From contig NW_021834253.1 in NCBI RefSeq assembly GCF_006345805.1, positions 1 to 50,220 of the forward strand: a DNA stretch of 50,220 nucleotides, written 5' to 3'. Shown here piece by piece: positions 1-12,249 of this stretch. Within the stretch, counting starts at the first letter, position 1. Each line of letters begins with the position of its first letter. Origin of the DNA: Octopus sinensis (taxonomy: Eukaryota). The position numbers and the translations under genes were made by a program. The notes under the pieces are model-generated. The model did no database searches. It saw only the letters and a program-made list of their open reading frames with translations, and was not told where the DNA came from.

Positions 1-56
1 ATGCCAATGGCCTCTTGCCAAAATACACACAATTACAGAGAATGTCAAAGACGAAC

Positions 57-122
57 TATTCTTCCACCCGGGACTGGGGTGTAGCCTTCATTAATCGAAA
101 GATTTTTGCTAATATTTCAAAC
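57..122 (-). CDS. Possible terminal coding exon (FEILAKIFRLMKATPQSRVEE*), unidentified gene
   Basis: On the minus strand a pyrimidine-rich acceptor (gtttttctttcag) precedes a 21-codon open frame ending in TAG. No recognisable homology. Confidence 0.15.
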
Positions 123-220
123 TGAAAGAAAAACATTTTTGTCCATTGATAAGCCTGCAGGAGCTCTGTAAAAGGTGTTCATGTCAAAACTTAATAAAAT
201 AACAATAACAAGCATAGCAG

Positions 221-240
221 TGATGATGATGATGATGATG

Positions 241-307
<67 letters not shown>

Positions 308-311
308 TAAC

Positions 312-374
<63 letters not shown>

Positions 375-498
375 CACAGACACGACAGAGCTGGGAACCA
401 AGGAACATAGAGCTGCGCTCGGTAGTGCAGTGAAAGCGCATAATATAAATAAGACTACATAATAATAATAATAATAACAATAATACCAACAACAACAA
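221..498. repeat. (TGA)n/(TAA)n/(CAA)n trinucleotide microsatellites
   Basis: Direct reading; source of the poly-I and poly-Y ORFs. Confidence 0.95.
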
Positions 499-718
499 GA
501 GCACTCAGAGAGCGCAAACCTCCGCGAAAGCAACACTAACGTGTCCTCGACGATTGGCCAGAGATAATTTTTTAAATGAGAATATCTGAAATAAACTCGA
601 CTGCCCTCACAAACGAGAATACTAAAAATGAACCCGATTGCTCTCAAAAATTAAGTAAAAAATTTTAAAAAAAACGGAAAAATAATCCAGAATCCTTGTC
701 CGGTACCTGATCGATCCT
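494..718 (+). mobile_element. 5' part of a non-autonomous Helitron/Helentron-like (HINE-type) repeat
   Basis: Begins aacaagagcactcagagagcgcaaacctccgc and ends in aataatccagaatccttgtccggtacc, which recurs at 1233. Family assignment from resemblance only. Confidence 0.5.
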
Positions 719-1232
719 AGTGGTAGTCATGAAATGCTGTAGAACATTTAGTAATACTAATAAGTAGTTTATCTTTATCTAATACAAGCGAAGTTAACAA
801 ATTCACCATTCAAAATAGTTTCTAAGGTGGAAGTAATAATAAGTTCTCAGGAATTTTTAAACGAATAGCATGAGTCCTTTTGGTTTTCTCTCCTCTCAAA
901 TTCCGGCCTTCCTTTAGTATTCCTGTTGTTTTAAATCGATGTAAAGATGTATGTATATATGTAAATATACTGTAGTGTTAATGCGTATGTATGATATGTG
1001 ATATATATATATTACGAAAATATGTTAGTATTATTTAATTTCTGAACGGTTTTGCAGCCATTTGTATATTTATTTTAATTTCTTTATCCATCATTTTCTA
1101 CGAAGATAGAGATATGAGTAAAATTAATAATAGAGAAATGAAAATAAAACTTTGAAAACAGCGTAATGGGAGATAATTGAGAAAAACTTGAAAGTGAACG
1201 TAAGATCGTAATCATGTAAAGTAAATATAACA

Positions 1233-1385
1233 AATAATCCAGAATCCTTGTCCGGTACCAAATCGATCCCAAAATCTAATCAGCTCGAGCCGGTCACGCG
1301 CCAAACATCCCTGAAAGTTTCATGCGAATCCATCCAGCGGTTCTTGAGATATCTTGTCCATGGACAAACAAACAAACACGATAAC
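1233..1385 (+). mobile_element. 3' part of the same HINE-type repeat
   Basis: aaagtttcatgcgaatccatccagcggttcttgagatatcttgtccatggacaaacaaacaaac resembles the body of DINE/HINE-like elements with an internal (ACAA)n tract. Confidence 0.5.
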
Positions 1386-1440
1386 CACTGTTCTAACGTC
1401 TTTACAATTTCACTATTTTATCATTTTATAAAAGAAGAAA

Positions 1441-1657
1441 GCGGCGATCTGGCAGAATTGTTAGCACGCCGGGAAAAATGTATAGCAGTATTTCGCCCGT
1501 CGCTGCGTTCTGAGTTCAAATTCAGCGGTGGTCGCCTTTGCCTTTCATCCTTTCAGAGTGGATAAATTAAGTACTAGTTAAACACTGGAATCGATGTAAT
1601 CGACTAGTCCCCTTCCCACAAATTTCAGGCCTTGTGCCTCCAGTAGAAATGATTATT
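1441..1657 (+). mobile_element. tRNA-derived SINE, family A
   Basis: A-box-like ggcagaattgttagc, B-box-like gagttcaaattc, central gcctttcatcctttc motif, tail ggccttgtgcc...agtagaaa; many homologous copies in the window. Confidence 0.85.
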
Positions 1658-1837
1658 TTTACGAAAGAATTTAAAAGAAAACCCACATCATTAAACAATG
1701 AGGTTAAGACCCGTCATAGGTAAGAATTACTTATATTTAGCATGAGAAAACCACAGGGTTTCCAACATCCCATTGCCCAAGCCATTAGGAAATATTGTGG
1801 TGTTATACTAAATGGTTTTCTCCTAGACTTTTATCGT

Positions 1838-2277
1838 ATATTTGTTTCAGTCATTAGACCGCGGTCATGCTGTTGCACCACCTTGAAGAATCATAATCGA
1901 ACGTATAGACGCCAGTATCAATTATTTTTAAGGGTAGTGCTTATTCTATCAATCTCTTTTTGCCGTACTGCTAAGTTACAGCATAAAAATATCAACACTG
2001 GTTGTCAAGCTGTAGTGGGGGACAAAGCACAGAGACAAAGACACGCTGTATTATATATATATATATAATATATATATAATTATATATATATATATAATAT
2101 ATTATATACACCACATATATGACGGGTTTTTTTCAGGTTCCGTCTTCCAGATCCTTTGGTCAGCCCGAGGCTATAGTAGAAAAAAACTTGCCTAAGGTTA
2201 GGTTTCATGGGACTGAACCTGGAACCATGTGATTGATAAACAGGTTCCTTGCCACACAGCCAGACAGTCACACCTGC
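1838..2277 (-). mobile_element. SINE family B, degenerate full-length copy with internal (TA)n
   Basis: Reverse complement of the family B head, internal microsatellite and gactgaaac tail. Confidence 0.8.
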
Positions 2278-2500
2278 TTTCTACTTAAAATTTACATGGC
2301 TTGGGTTTTGTTCTTTTTTCATTAAATGTCCACTTTACAAATTTGGAATTTCCTTATGTCAAGCGGAAATTTTCCTATAAGCAATCCGTTTTTTGTTTAC
2401 AATTTTTAGCTAATTCTGTAATATTTGTATGACTGGCTCAATACTGTTAGAAAACATCAACGTGGCCGCCACAAAGACGTCTTCAGTTTACTTCTCACAG

Positions 2501-2527
2501 ACAATGCTTAGACTTCATGACTACCGG
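2501..2527 (+). CDS. Candidate 27-nt micro-exon (TMLRLHDYR or QCLDFMTT)
   Basis: Acceptor tttacttctcacag and donor CGG|gtgagg flank 27 nt that are open in two frames. No homology recognised. Confidence 0.2.
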
Positions 2528-2634
2528 GTGAGGGCAACGGGTAGATAGTGTTAAATGGTTTTGCTCGGGTTAAAAAATTAATGCTATAAAAGTCTACATT
2601 TTGGAAGGGACATGAATTTCACACACAAACACTT

Positions 2635-2781
2635 TACATACATACGTATGTATATACATGTTTGTATATATGTATATATATATGTATGCATAGATGTATG
2701 TATATATGTATATGCATGTATGTACATTCATATATGTACACACATAATAATACACCATATATACGTATAAGCATTTATGTG

Positions 2782-2828
<47 letters not shown>

Positions 2829-2860
2829 ATTTAAAAATTATTAATGTATGTATGTATATG

Positions 2861-2917
<57 letters not shown>

Positions 2918-2988
2918 ATATATATATATTACATAACCATATATATAGATATATACATACATATATATAATATATTATATATATATAT

Positions 2989-3034
<46 letters not shown>

Positions 3035-3318
3035 CATATAGATATATATATAATATATATATATATATACATATAGATATATATATATAAATACATATAG
3101 ATATATATATATATATATATATATTAATACATATATATATATATATATATATATACAACTATTATAATATATATCATATATATATATATATCATATATAT
3201 ATATATATCATATATATAATCATATATATATATATATCATATATATATATATATCATATATATATAATATATATCTATATATATATATATATATATATAT
3301 ATCTATATATATATAACA
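2635..3318. repeat. Long imperfect (TA)n/(TATG)n microsatellite
   Basis: Direct reading. Confidence 0.95.
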
Positions 3319-4124
3319 CATTGAAAGAGTGAGAGAAGGAAACAGAGAATGAGAAAGAGAGATGGCGACAAAGGCTGAAAACGGAAAAGTTATTGACGGA
3401 TGTACGGTCTACTGGTTTCTGTCGGTCGACATAGATACAGAAGACTAGAGTCCGGAATCAAGCAACAACGAAAGAAAGAAAGAAGAAAATACAAACACAT
3501 GTGAATGTGCGTGATAGCCAGTGGTGGCTAGGCGCAACATTATTTTATGAATCGGTATCGCAAAGTGTTCTAAAATTGAATAGAATTGAAAAGAAGGAAC
3601 CGGGAGAAAAAAAGGAAAGGGAATAGGAAGAGGTAACGGAACTAAAGTTGAAAGTTACGAAAGAATTAAAAAAAAAAAACGGAAGAAACATGGAAAAAAA
3701 TCGGAATAAAAGACGGAAATGGATTAAGGAATATGTGAGGAAATAGGTCGCTAAAATAATCTGCGATAGGGATCTCCAAAGAATGAGTTAATTAATTTAA
3801 AAACCTGTGTTTAGAAATTAACGAATAACTTTTTTTCATATATAATTTGATGACTGCAGCGAATTGCTTGGCATTTTCTTGAGAATACAGGACCCTCAGA
3901 TGGAAATATTATACACATACATCCAACACGTGTCCTCATTTTTAACATGTAAAAGTACTCTCACAAACATACACATAGATGTATATGCGTATAGATATGT
4001 ACGTTTGGAAATGGTTAAGTAGTTCGCTTCGTAACAAGGTGGTTTACGGTCCTGTTCAACTGCACACCACCTAGGGTAAGTATCTTTTAGTGTAGCGCCC
4101 TACAACCGACCGATGTTTGTCAAG

Positions 4125-4169
<45 letters not shown>

Positions 4170-4170
4170 T

Positions 4171-4330
4171 ACTCTTTACTCTTTTACTTGTTTCAGTCAC
4201 TTGACCCCCAGGACTTATTCTTTGTAACCCTAGTACTTATTCTATCGGTCTCTTTTGCCGAACCGCTAAGTTACGGGGACGTAAACACACCAGCATCGGT
4301 TGTCAAGCGATGTTGAGGAGACAACCACAC
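4171..4330 (-). mobile_element. SINE family B 3' half with internal deletion
   Basis: Matches the family B tail, but the segment between ttgac and cccagg present in other copies is missing. Confidence 0.85.
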
Positions 4331-4392
4331 ATACATACATATACATACATATATATATATATATATATTATATACATATATATATATATATA

Positions 4393-4600
4393 AGTTTAAT
4401 CCAACGGAAAACAGAAAAACAACAACACGTGGAACAATTACAGTATTATTATTATTAGGCGCTCAGGAAAATGGAAGAAGAGGGTATGACGTTTCGAGCG
4501 GAGCTCTTCGTCGGACACATAGAGAAAGAAGAAAGATCCCGAGACGGGAGGACAGGAAAAAAAATTGCAGGTCGTCTTCACGAGGTCACATACTGAAAAG
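4393..4600 (-). mobile_element. Penelope-like non-autonomous repeat P1 carrying a hammerhead-like motif
   Basis: Homologous to 38930-39150 and 40730-40950. The minus strand reads CCGACGA-AGAGCTCCGCTC-GAAAC-GTC (about 4484-4518), and the copy abuts (TA)n. Confidence 0.6.
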
Positions 4601-4689
4601 ACGGAAGTAGTAAAAAAGGAGGAAAATGTTTTTTAAAACAGAGAGCTGAATCAATGAGGGAATGGTAAAAAAGGTGTTGCGAGATGACC

Positions 4690-4985
4690 GTGTGTGTGTG
4701 TGAGTGTGCGTGTGTGTGTATGTGTTTGTATGGTGGACAATGGCTAGTAGCAAGCAGTAGTAGAATTAAAGGTGTGGTGTGGGGTACCCTAGCAGTCAGA
4801 AAGGCAGATCAGAAGCAGGAGGTATGTGTGTGTGCGTGTGTTATGTATGTGTGAGTGTGTGCGTGTATGTATGTGTGTGTATGGTAGACAATGGCTAGTA
4901 GCGGGCAGTAGTAGAATTAAAGGAGTGATGTGGGGGTACCCTAGCAAGTCGGAAAGGCAGATCAGAAACAGGGAGGTATGTGTGT
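4690..4985. repeat. Tandem duplication of a ~150-bp unit
   Basis: gacaatggctagtagc...agaattaaagg...gtaccctagc...aaggcagatcagaa occurs twice (about 4735-4825 and 4887-4980). Confidence 0.85.
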
Positions 4986-4989
4986 GTGC

Positions 4990-6933
4990 GTGTGTATGTA
5001 TGTGTGAGTGTGTGCGTGTGGTATATGTCCAGCGTGCTTAGTTGTGTTGTGGCAAGTAAATTTGAAGTGTGTGTAAGTGTAATGTGTATATATATGCAAA
5101 TGTGTGTGTGTGAGTGGGTGTGTGTATGTGTGTGCGTGTGTGTACAAAAGGGGGGGGGGTTAAGGGAAAAAGAACTGCAACTTGCAGCGAAGGGTGGGGG
5201 GGGAAGATGGAAGAGTGGTCCCGCGGCGACAGGCGTGGGAGAACCCAAGACAACGCGCCGGCCCAGATACGGACAGAGATCCGGTCGGTCAACCATGAGC
5301 GTGGTGCAAGCGTGCGTGTATGCGTGCGCGAACGTGCACAAGCGAGCATGTGCGCGCGCCTGCGATTGCGTGTGTGAGTATGTTGTGTGTGGATGTGTGG
5401 AGTGTGTCTGTGTGTAAGTCTGAGTGTCAGTGTGTCCGATGAATGTATGTAAGTATGTGTGTGTGTATATGTGTGTGTATAGATGTATGTCCGTGTGTAT
5501 GTGTGTGTGTGTGTGTATGAGTGTGTATGTATGTACGTGTGTGTGGTGTGGAAGTGTGTGATGTGCATGTGTGTGCGCGTACATGCAGGTGTGTGAGTGA
5601 GGGGTGTGTGTGTATGTGTGTGTGAGTGTGTATGTGTGTGTGTAGGATGCATGTATGTGTATGGTTGTATGTTGTGTGTGTGTATGTATGTGTACGTGCG
5701 TGTGTGTGTGTGTGCATGTATGCGTACATGCGTGTAGGTGTGCGCGTGTGCGTGCATGCATGCGTGTGCGTATGTGTGTGTGTGTGTGTGTGTGCATGTG
5801 TGTAGGTATATATGTATGTGCGTATATGTGTGTGTATGTGCGTACATGTGTGTGTGTGTATGCATGTGTGTATGTAGGTGTGTAGGCGTGTGTGTATAGG
5901 TGTATGTATGTAAGTATGTATGGGTGTGTCCGTGTATGTGTGTGTATGCATGTGTGTGTATGTAGGTGTGTAGGCGTGTGTGTGTGTGTGTGCGTGTATG
6001 TGTGCGTGTGCGTGTATATGTTGGTGTGTGTGTATGTGAGTGTGAGTGTATGGGTGTTTGTCATGCATGTGTGTGCGTGTGCAGGCGAGTGTGTGTGTAA
6101 GTATGTGTGTGTGTATGTATGTGTGAGTGTGTATGTGTGTAGTAGTCTGTGTGTATGTATGTGCGTATAGGAGTATGTAAGTATGTGTTGTGTATGTGTG
6201 TGGGTGTATGTATGTATGTGTGTGTGTGTGCATGTGTGTAAGTATATGTTTGTGTGCGTACGTATGTGTATGTGTGTGTGTGTGTGTGTTTATGTATGTG
6301 TTTATGTATGTGTGTAGGCGTGTGTTCTGGTAGGTGTATGCATGTATGGTGTGTGTCTGTGAGTGTTTTGTGTGTGTGTAGGTATGTGTGTATGTAGTAT
6401 GAAGGTATGGCTGTGTAGGTGTGTGTGTGTATGAATGTAAGTGTGTGTGTGTACAAGTGTAATGTATGTATTTAGGTGTGTGTGTGTGTGTGTGTATGTG
6501 TGCGTGTGCGTGTGTATGTGTGTGTGTGTGTATTCGTGTGAGTGTGAGTGTATGGGTGTATGTCTGTGTGTATATGTCTGAAGTAGGTATGTGTGTGTAT
6601 GTATGTGTGAGGTGTGTGTGTGTATGAATGTAAGTGTGTGTGTGTCAAGTGTGTGTGGGTGTATGTATGTATGTGTGTGTGTGTGCATGTGTGTAAGTAT
6701 ATGTGTGTGTGCGTATGTATGTGTATGTGTGTGTGTGTGTGTATGTTTATGTATGTGTTTATGTATGTGTGTAGGCGTGTGTGTCTAGGTGTATGCATGT
6801 ATGGGTGTGTGTCTGTGAGTGTTTGTGTGTGTGTGTAGGTATGTGTGTATGTATGAGTGAAGGTATGGCTGTGTAGGTGTGTGTGTGTATGAATGTAAGT
6901 GTGTGTGTGTACAAGTGTAATGTATGTATTTAG

Positions 6934-6966
<33 letters not shown>

Positions 6967-7119
6967 CGTGTGCGTGTGTATGTGTGTGTGTGTGTATTCG
7001 TGTGAGTGTGAGTGTATGGGTGTATGTCTGTGTGTGTGTATGTCTGAAGTAGGTATGTGTGTGTATGTATGTGTGAGGTGTGTGTGTGTATGAATGTAAG
7101 TGTGTGAGTATATATATAT

Positions 7120-7165
<46 letters not shown>
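4990..7165. repeat. Complex (TG)n/(TATG)n cryptic satellite with a ~460-bp higher-order tandem duplication
   Basis: Unique landmarks (gaaggtatggctgtgtagg, tacaagtgtaatg, gtctgaagtagg, tattcgtgtgag) recur at about 455-466 bp spacing between 6200 and 7106. Confidence 0.9.
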
Positions 7166-7167
<2 letters not shown>

Positions 7168-7329
7168 GACGGGCTTCTTTCAGTTTCCGTCTACCAAATC
7201 CACTCACAAGGCTTTGGTCAGCCCGAGGCTATAGTAGAAGACACTTGGCCAAGGTGCCACTCAGTGGGACTAAACCCGGAACCATATGGTTGGTAAGCAA
7301 GCTACTTACCACACAGCCACTCCTGCGCC
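7166..7329 (-). mobile_element. SINE family B 5' half
   Basis: Reverse complement of ggcgcaggagtggctgtgtggtaagtagc...gaaagaagcccgtcgt. Confidence 0.9.
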
Positions 7330-7368
7330 ATATATATATATATATATATATAATGCATATATATATGC

Positions 7369-7417
<49 letters not shown>

Positions 7418-7499
7418 TGTATGTATGTATGTATGTACGTACGTATGTATGTATGCATGTATGTATGTATGTATGTGTGTGTGTGTGTGTGCGTGTGTG

Positions 7500-7738
7500 T
7501 ATTCTTTTATTCTTTTATTCTTATATTTGTTTCAGTCATTTGTCTGTGACCATGCTGTCACACTGCCTTTAGTCGAGAAAATCTACTCAGAACTTATTCT
7601 TTGTAAGCCTAGTACTTATTCTATCGGTCTATTTTGCTGAACCGCTAAGTTACGAGGACGTAAGCACACTAGCATCGGTTGTCAAGCGATGTTGGGAGGG
7701 CAAACACAGACAAACAAACATACACACACACACACATG

Positions 7739-7779
<41 letters not shown>

Positions 7780-7941
7780 GACGGGCTTCTTTCAGTTTCC
7801 GTCTACCAAATCCACTCACAAGACTATGGTCGGCTCGAGGCTTTAGTAGGAGACACTTACCCAAGATGCCACGCAGTGGGACTGAACCTAGAACCATATG
7901 GTTGGTAAGCACGCTACTTACCACACAGCCACTCCTGTGCC
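7500..7941 (-). mobile_element. SINE family B, full-length
   Basis: Head, internal (TA)/(TG) microsatellite and tail all present. Confidence 0.9.
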
Positions 7942-7967
7942 AATAAATATAATGCATTTGTATGCAC

Positions 7968-8040
7968 TCAGAAAGTTACATATTCACATCATAACACAAA
8001 AATCAGAAAGTTACATATGCACATCATAACACAAAAATCA
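7968..8040. repeat. 35-bp tandem repeat, two copies
   Basis: tcagaaagttacatat(t/g)cacatcataacacaaaaa twice. Confidence 0.9.
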
Positions 8041-8699
8041 TGGAACGCAAACATAACCAAAACGAAATGATTGAAGCTCATGATATAATTATGTGGTAAA
8101 TATTTTTCTTTGAATCAGACTCTCAACAAATGAGAAACAGGTCCAGATTTCTATCGTTTATTGTAAAGATTCCTGGCTTTTACAAATTTCCCACTTCAAT
8201 TAAATCTCGATATAAAATACGCTTTGTTTTGGCACAAGTAACAGAATCACTATCAATTTGGTGCATTCTAAGTGTGGACTCTATAAGCTGTTGCTGTATA
8301 AAATAGCTGCTTTTGGAAACGACCCTTCCATTTATTAACGAACAGCGACATCTATTTCAAGGAATCATCTTCCCCGTTTACTCGTAAAAAAATATCTACA
8401 TCAATATACTACGACTTCTAATACTTCTTGTCGATTGTAGACACATACTTTATGGGTTTGTGAAGAATGGAAAACTTTTTATCCATTCCGGAAGATAAAT
8501 ATTTGGGAAGAATTCCATACATAGGTCTCTGAAGAATTCCATTCTTTTAAGAATCTTCTATTCGCTATGTGTCGTAAATTCTTTGATAGAAATATGTTCA
8601 GGTCATATGGATAAGTTCTAATGTCTTTTTTTGTTTCTTTTCTCCGTTGGACTTTACGGAGAATTTTTTTTTTTTTGGGGGGGGGGTGCTTTTTACTGC

Positions 8700-8856
8700 C
8701 AGAATCGGTTTTTCTGGTTATAAGCTTTATTCTATGTACAAGAGTGTTACTCGTCATTTAACGATGCGAAACCACCACATGTGGAAACCACCACATGGCA
8801 AGAGAAAACAAAGGCGACCAAAAGCGACTTGGCACCGCACCTTCATCGATATATGA
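8700..8856 (+). mobile_element. RTE-like LINE ORF C-terminal fragment
   Basis: Translation [21 protein letters not shown] resembles the RTE C-terminal W-x-P-x-GKRxRGRPKxTW motif. Confidence 0.5.
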
Positions 8857-8876
8857 TGTAAAATGTATGTGTATGT

Positions 8877-9010
<134 letters not shown>

Positions 9011-9305
9011 GTTTCTTTATTAGCCACACAGGGATGAATACAGAGGGGACAAATTACAAAATACAGCTTTTCTTTTGGGGGAGAAAAAAAAAGAAAAGAA
9101 AAAAGGGGGTAGGTTTTCGATCAAAAGGGATCGTAAAAAACGATCAATAGGGATCGTGTATCACAGAAATGTCATGATGTAAAGTGTAAAGGGGGAAACA
9201 GATAAGGTTTATCCGTGGAAAGAAAAGCATACGGAAAAGACCACAGTAACCTCGGTCAATGATGTCACATGTTAACACATTTATTTGCAAGTAAGTAACT
9301 CTCTG
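9011..9305 (-). mobile_element. Short 3'-UTR-only copy of a Tx1/L1-clade LINE
   Basis: Homologous to 9433-9780 (tttctttattagccacacaggg, gatcaaaagggatcgtaaaa, gaccac.gta.cctcggtcaatg). Confidence 0.75.
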
Positions 9306-9308
9306 ATC

Positions 9309-9342
<34 letters not shown>

Positions 9343-9373
9343 TAGTCAGACAGACAGATAGATAGATAGATAG

Positions 9374-9415
<42 letters not shown>

Positions 9416-9432
9416 TATATATAGATAGATAG

Positions 9433-10590
9433 TTTCTTTATTAGCCACACAGGGCTGCACCAAGATAGAACAAATTACAAGGTAGAGCTTTTCTTTTGAA
9501 GGTTTAAAAAAAAAAAAGGAAGGGGAGTTTCGATCAAAAGGGATCGTAAAAGGAGAGAAGAGGACAAAAAAGGGGGGTTAAAAAAAAGGGGAGAGGAAAA
9601 AAAAATGATCAATAGGGATCGTTATCACAGAATGTCAATATGAAGTGTAAAGGGGAGGACAGGTTAGGTTTTGTTTTACCCGTGGAAAAAGCCCTACGGA
9701 AAAGACCACGGTAGCCTCGGTCAATGGAGTCACATGTTATATTTCTTTTTTTTTTTTTTTTTTGCGAATAAGCAACTCTCTGTTTTCAATTTCTGGGTTC
9801 ATAGGATCATGCTCAGGGTGGCTTCGTCATTCATACGTGCCATTTTTGCTACATTCACCCATCTTTTTTTAAAACATTCGCTAGACAAAACTTGCCTCTC
9901 TACTCTCTATCCTTTTCAAGTGGTACTTGAAGAAGTTGATGAGAGATTGACCAGAGAGGAAAGTGTTTGTCTCCAATCCTTTCAGACGCGTCCACCAGAT
10001 ACATTCTTTCGCCATAGCCACAAGATGATGAAAATAGCTCTTCCTTCCCGTTTGAAGGAAGGAGGCGTGACATATTGACGATAGACTCAGCTGATAAACC
10101 GACTCGTCCCACACGTGACAGCAGTTTTCGACATAAGCCCACAGTCGGAAATTGTTGGACACTGCACGAGTGCGTGCAGAACGGTTTCGTCGCTCTGACC
10201 GCATCTCGGGCAGGTCGGCCCCGTGTTTCTCGAGCCGTGTCTGTAGAGCTTATCCCGAACGGGTAGCGCTTCTCGGTAGCACTGCCAGGCCAGGGATCTC
10301 TGGAAGTTGTCCATGGCCCTAGCCCGAAAGTCGTCCTGAACAGGCGGGTCAGGTACTCCTCGTCGACGTCCAGGTTCGCCCCGAGCTCGTCGTCGTACCT
10401 CCCCTCCACTAAACCCCTATAGAATGCTTTGGTTGTGTTGAAGTCACTCAAGGTCGACCCAGGACGGCAGAGTTGCTTGAGAGCAACGCGACACTCGCGG
10501 TGCCATTCGCCCTTCCTCGGCCTCTTTTTGATCCACGACTGCAGTTCGGTCATGGAGACGAGCTGCGGGAAAGCGTGCCTCACAAACGGC
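9433..10590 (-). mobile_element. 5'-truncated Tx1/L1-clade LINE (ORF2 C-terminus with CCHC finger, plus 3' UTR), frameshifted
   Basis: Minus-strand frames give DNFQRSLAWQCYREALPVRDKL...CPRCGQSDETVLHALVQC (zf-RVT-like CCHC), then LWAYVE and KECIWWTRLKG. AATAAA lies near the 3' end. agatagatag flanks both sides (9423-9432, 10591-10600). Confidence 0.85.
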
Positions 10591-10975
10591 AGATAGATAG
10601 GTATGAATCTTCAGATGCACAAGAAATACATGATGCAATATGTGAGATTTTAACAAGATCACTCGAAAATATTTTTGGTTCTTCACTCGGTATTAAAAAC
10701 TTAATCACAGGAATTTAACTTAAATTGTTTGTCTTCGTATCTTTTAGAAACTTAGATATATGTTTAATTATACTTAAATACGTAAATATTAAATACAAAC
10801 ATTTGCTGCATTTGTATATATGTTAAATTAACTGCGTAAATTTTAAGTAGAAGCGCGTCATATTTGCTATTACATTTCATAATAAAGAATATAATGTATA
10901 AATAAATATACGTTCGAAAGTTGTCTAATATAGGTTTACTTAATAATACTGAAAATATTTAATTAAAATTTTGGT

Positions 10976-11290
10976 AGGCGCCGACGTGGCTATGTGGTTA
11001 AGAATCTCTCTTCCAGCCACCTTAGGCAAGCATCTTCTACTGAAACCGCAAGCCGTCCAATGCTGCCTGAGTAAATTTGGCTGCCAGAAATTGTGTGAAA
11101 GCCGGTCGTGTGTGTGTGTGTTTTTACATCTTTATTTTCCCACCTCTCCACCGCTTGAGAACCGGTATTCGTTTGTTTACTCCCTAACTATTGGCTCAGC
11201 AAAAGAGGACGATACAATAACCAGATTTAAAAACAAACAAAAAAAAATCGTAATTTGTTCGGAGCCCATAGACTAAAACAGGTGAAAAAT
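10976..11290 (+). mobile_element. Old, degenerate SINE family B copy
   Basis: ggcgccgacgtggctatgtggttaag head, cttaggcaagcatcttctact, accgcttgagaaccgg. Confidence 0.65.
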
Positions 11291-11407
11291 AAATGATTAA
11301 AAGATTTTTTTAATTTAAATATCATTGAAATTCTTGAAAAAGGAAGAGAAAAATGTAATATATATTATCATTAAGATGAGATGAATTTTCCCTTGACTGG
11401 GTCGCCA

Positions 11408-11422
11408 GTGAGTGAGTGTGTG

Positions 11423-11458
<36 letters not shown>

Positions 11459-11900
11459 GTGTGTGCATGCGCATGTGTGTGTGTGTTTGTGTGTATGTGT
11501 GTGTGTTTGTGTGTATGTGCGTTTGTTTGTGTGTGTGTTTCTGTATGTGTGTTTGTTTGTGTGTGTGTTTGTGTGTGTTTGTGTCTATGTGTTTGTGTGT
11601 GTGTGTGTGTGTTTGTGTGTCTATGAGTGTTTGTGTGTGTTTGTGTCTATGTGTTTGTGTGTGTGTTTGCGTGTGTGACCTTGTGTGTGTCTGTGTGTGT
11701 GTGTTTGCGTGTGTGCGTGTTTATTTCTCTGTGTGTATGTGTTTGTGTGTGTTTGTGTCTATGTGTGTGTGTTTTTTGTGCATGAGTTTGTGTGTCTTTG
11801 TGTGTGTGTGTGTGTGTGTTTGTGTTTGTGTATGTGTTTGTATGTGTGTGTGTTTTTGTGCTTGTGTATTTGTTTGTGTGTGTGTGTGTGTGTGTGTGGT
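11408..11900. repeat. Complex (GT)n/(GTTT)n microsatellite
   Basis: Direct reading. Confidence 0.95.
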
Positions 11901-12249
11901 GTACATATTTGGGATGAGATTCCACATGCCAGTGAAGCAGATACTGTACTTCGTTCACTGGAACTGCAGCTTCAATTCCAGTTGGCTGCCAAGTTTGCTA
12001 TGATATATATATTAATATATGTACTAATTACTAGCAACAGAATCAGTACTAATACCAAAAGGTGTTATTTATCCCCACTTCAAAATGGATGTTGTCTTAG
12101 AACACAGAATACTGCGTCGTTTACCATGAGAGAACCTCTCATATATATATATTCAAGGTGATTTTCAATAGTCCTCTTCATATTTTTCCTCTTCTCGAGT
12201 AACTTCGTAGTTTCCTCTGAGATTCTTCTCTCTTAGACACACTCCCTTA

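Noticed and set aside
117-647. Poly-Ile/poly-Tyr ORFs (also 15902-16480, 28602-28911, 30403-31168)
   Set aside because: Trinucleotide microsatellite translations.
1441-1520. SINE heads as tRNA genes
   Set aside because: A/B-box-like motifs are present, but there is no complete cloverleaf and they continue into SINE bodies; only 42544-42613 folds as a tRNA.
4826-7640. Long His/Thr- and Val/Cys-rich ORFs (up to 389 aa)
   Set aside because: Translations of (CA)n/(TG)n satellites, which lack stops by construction.
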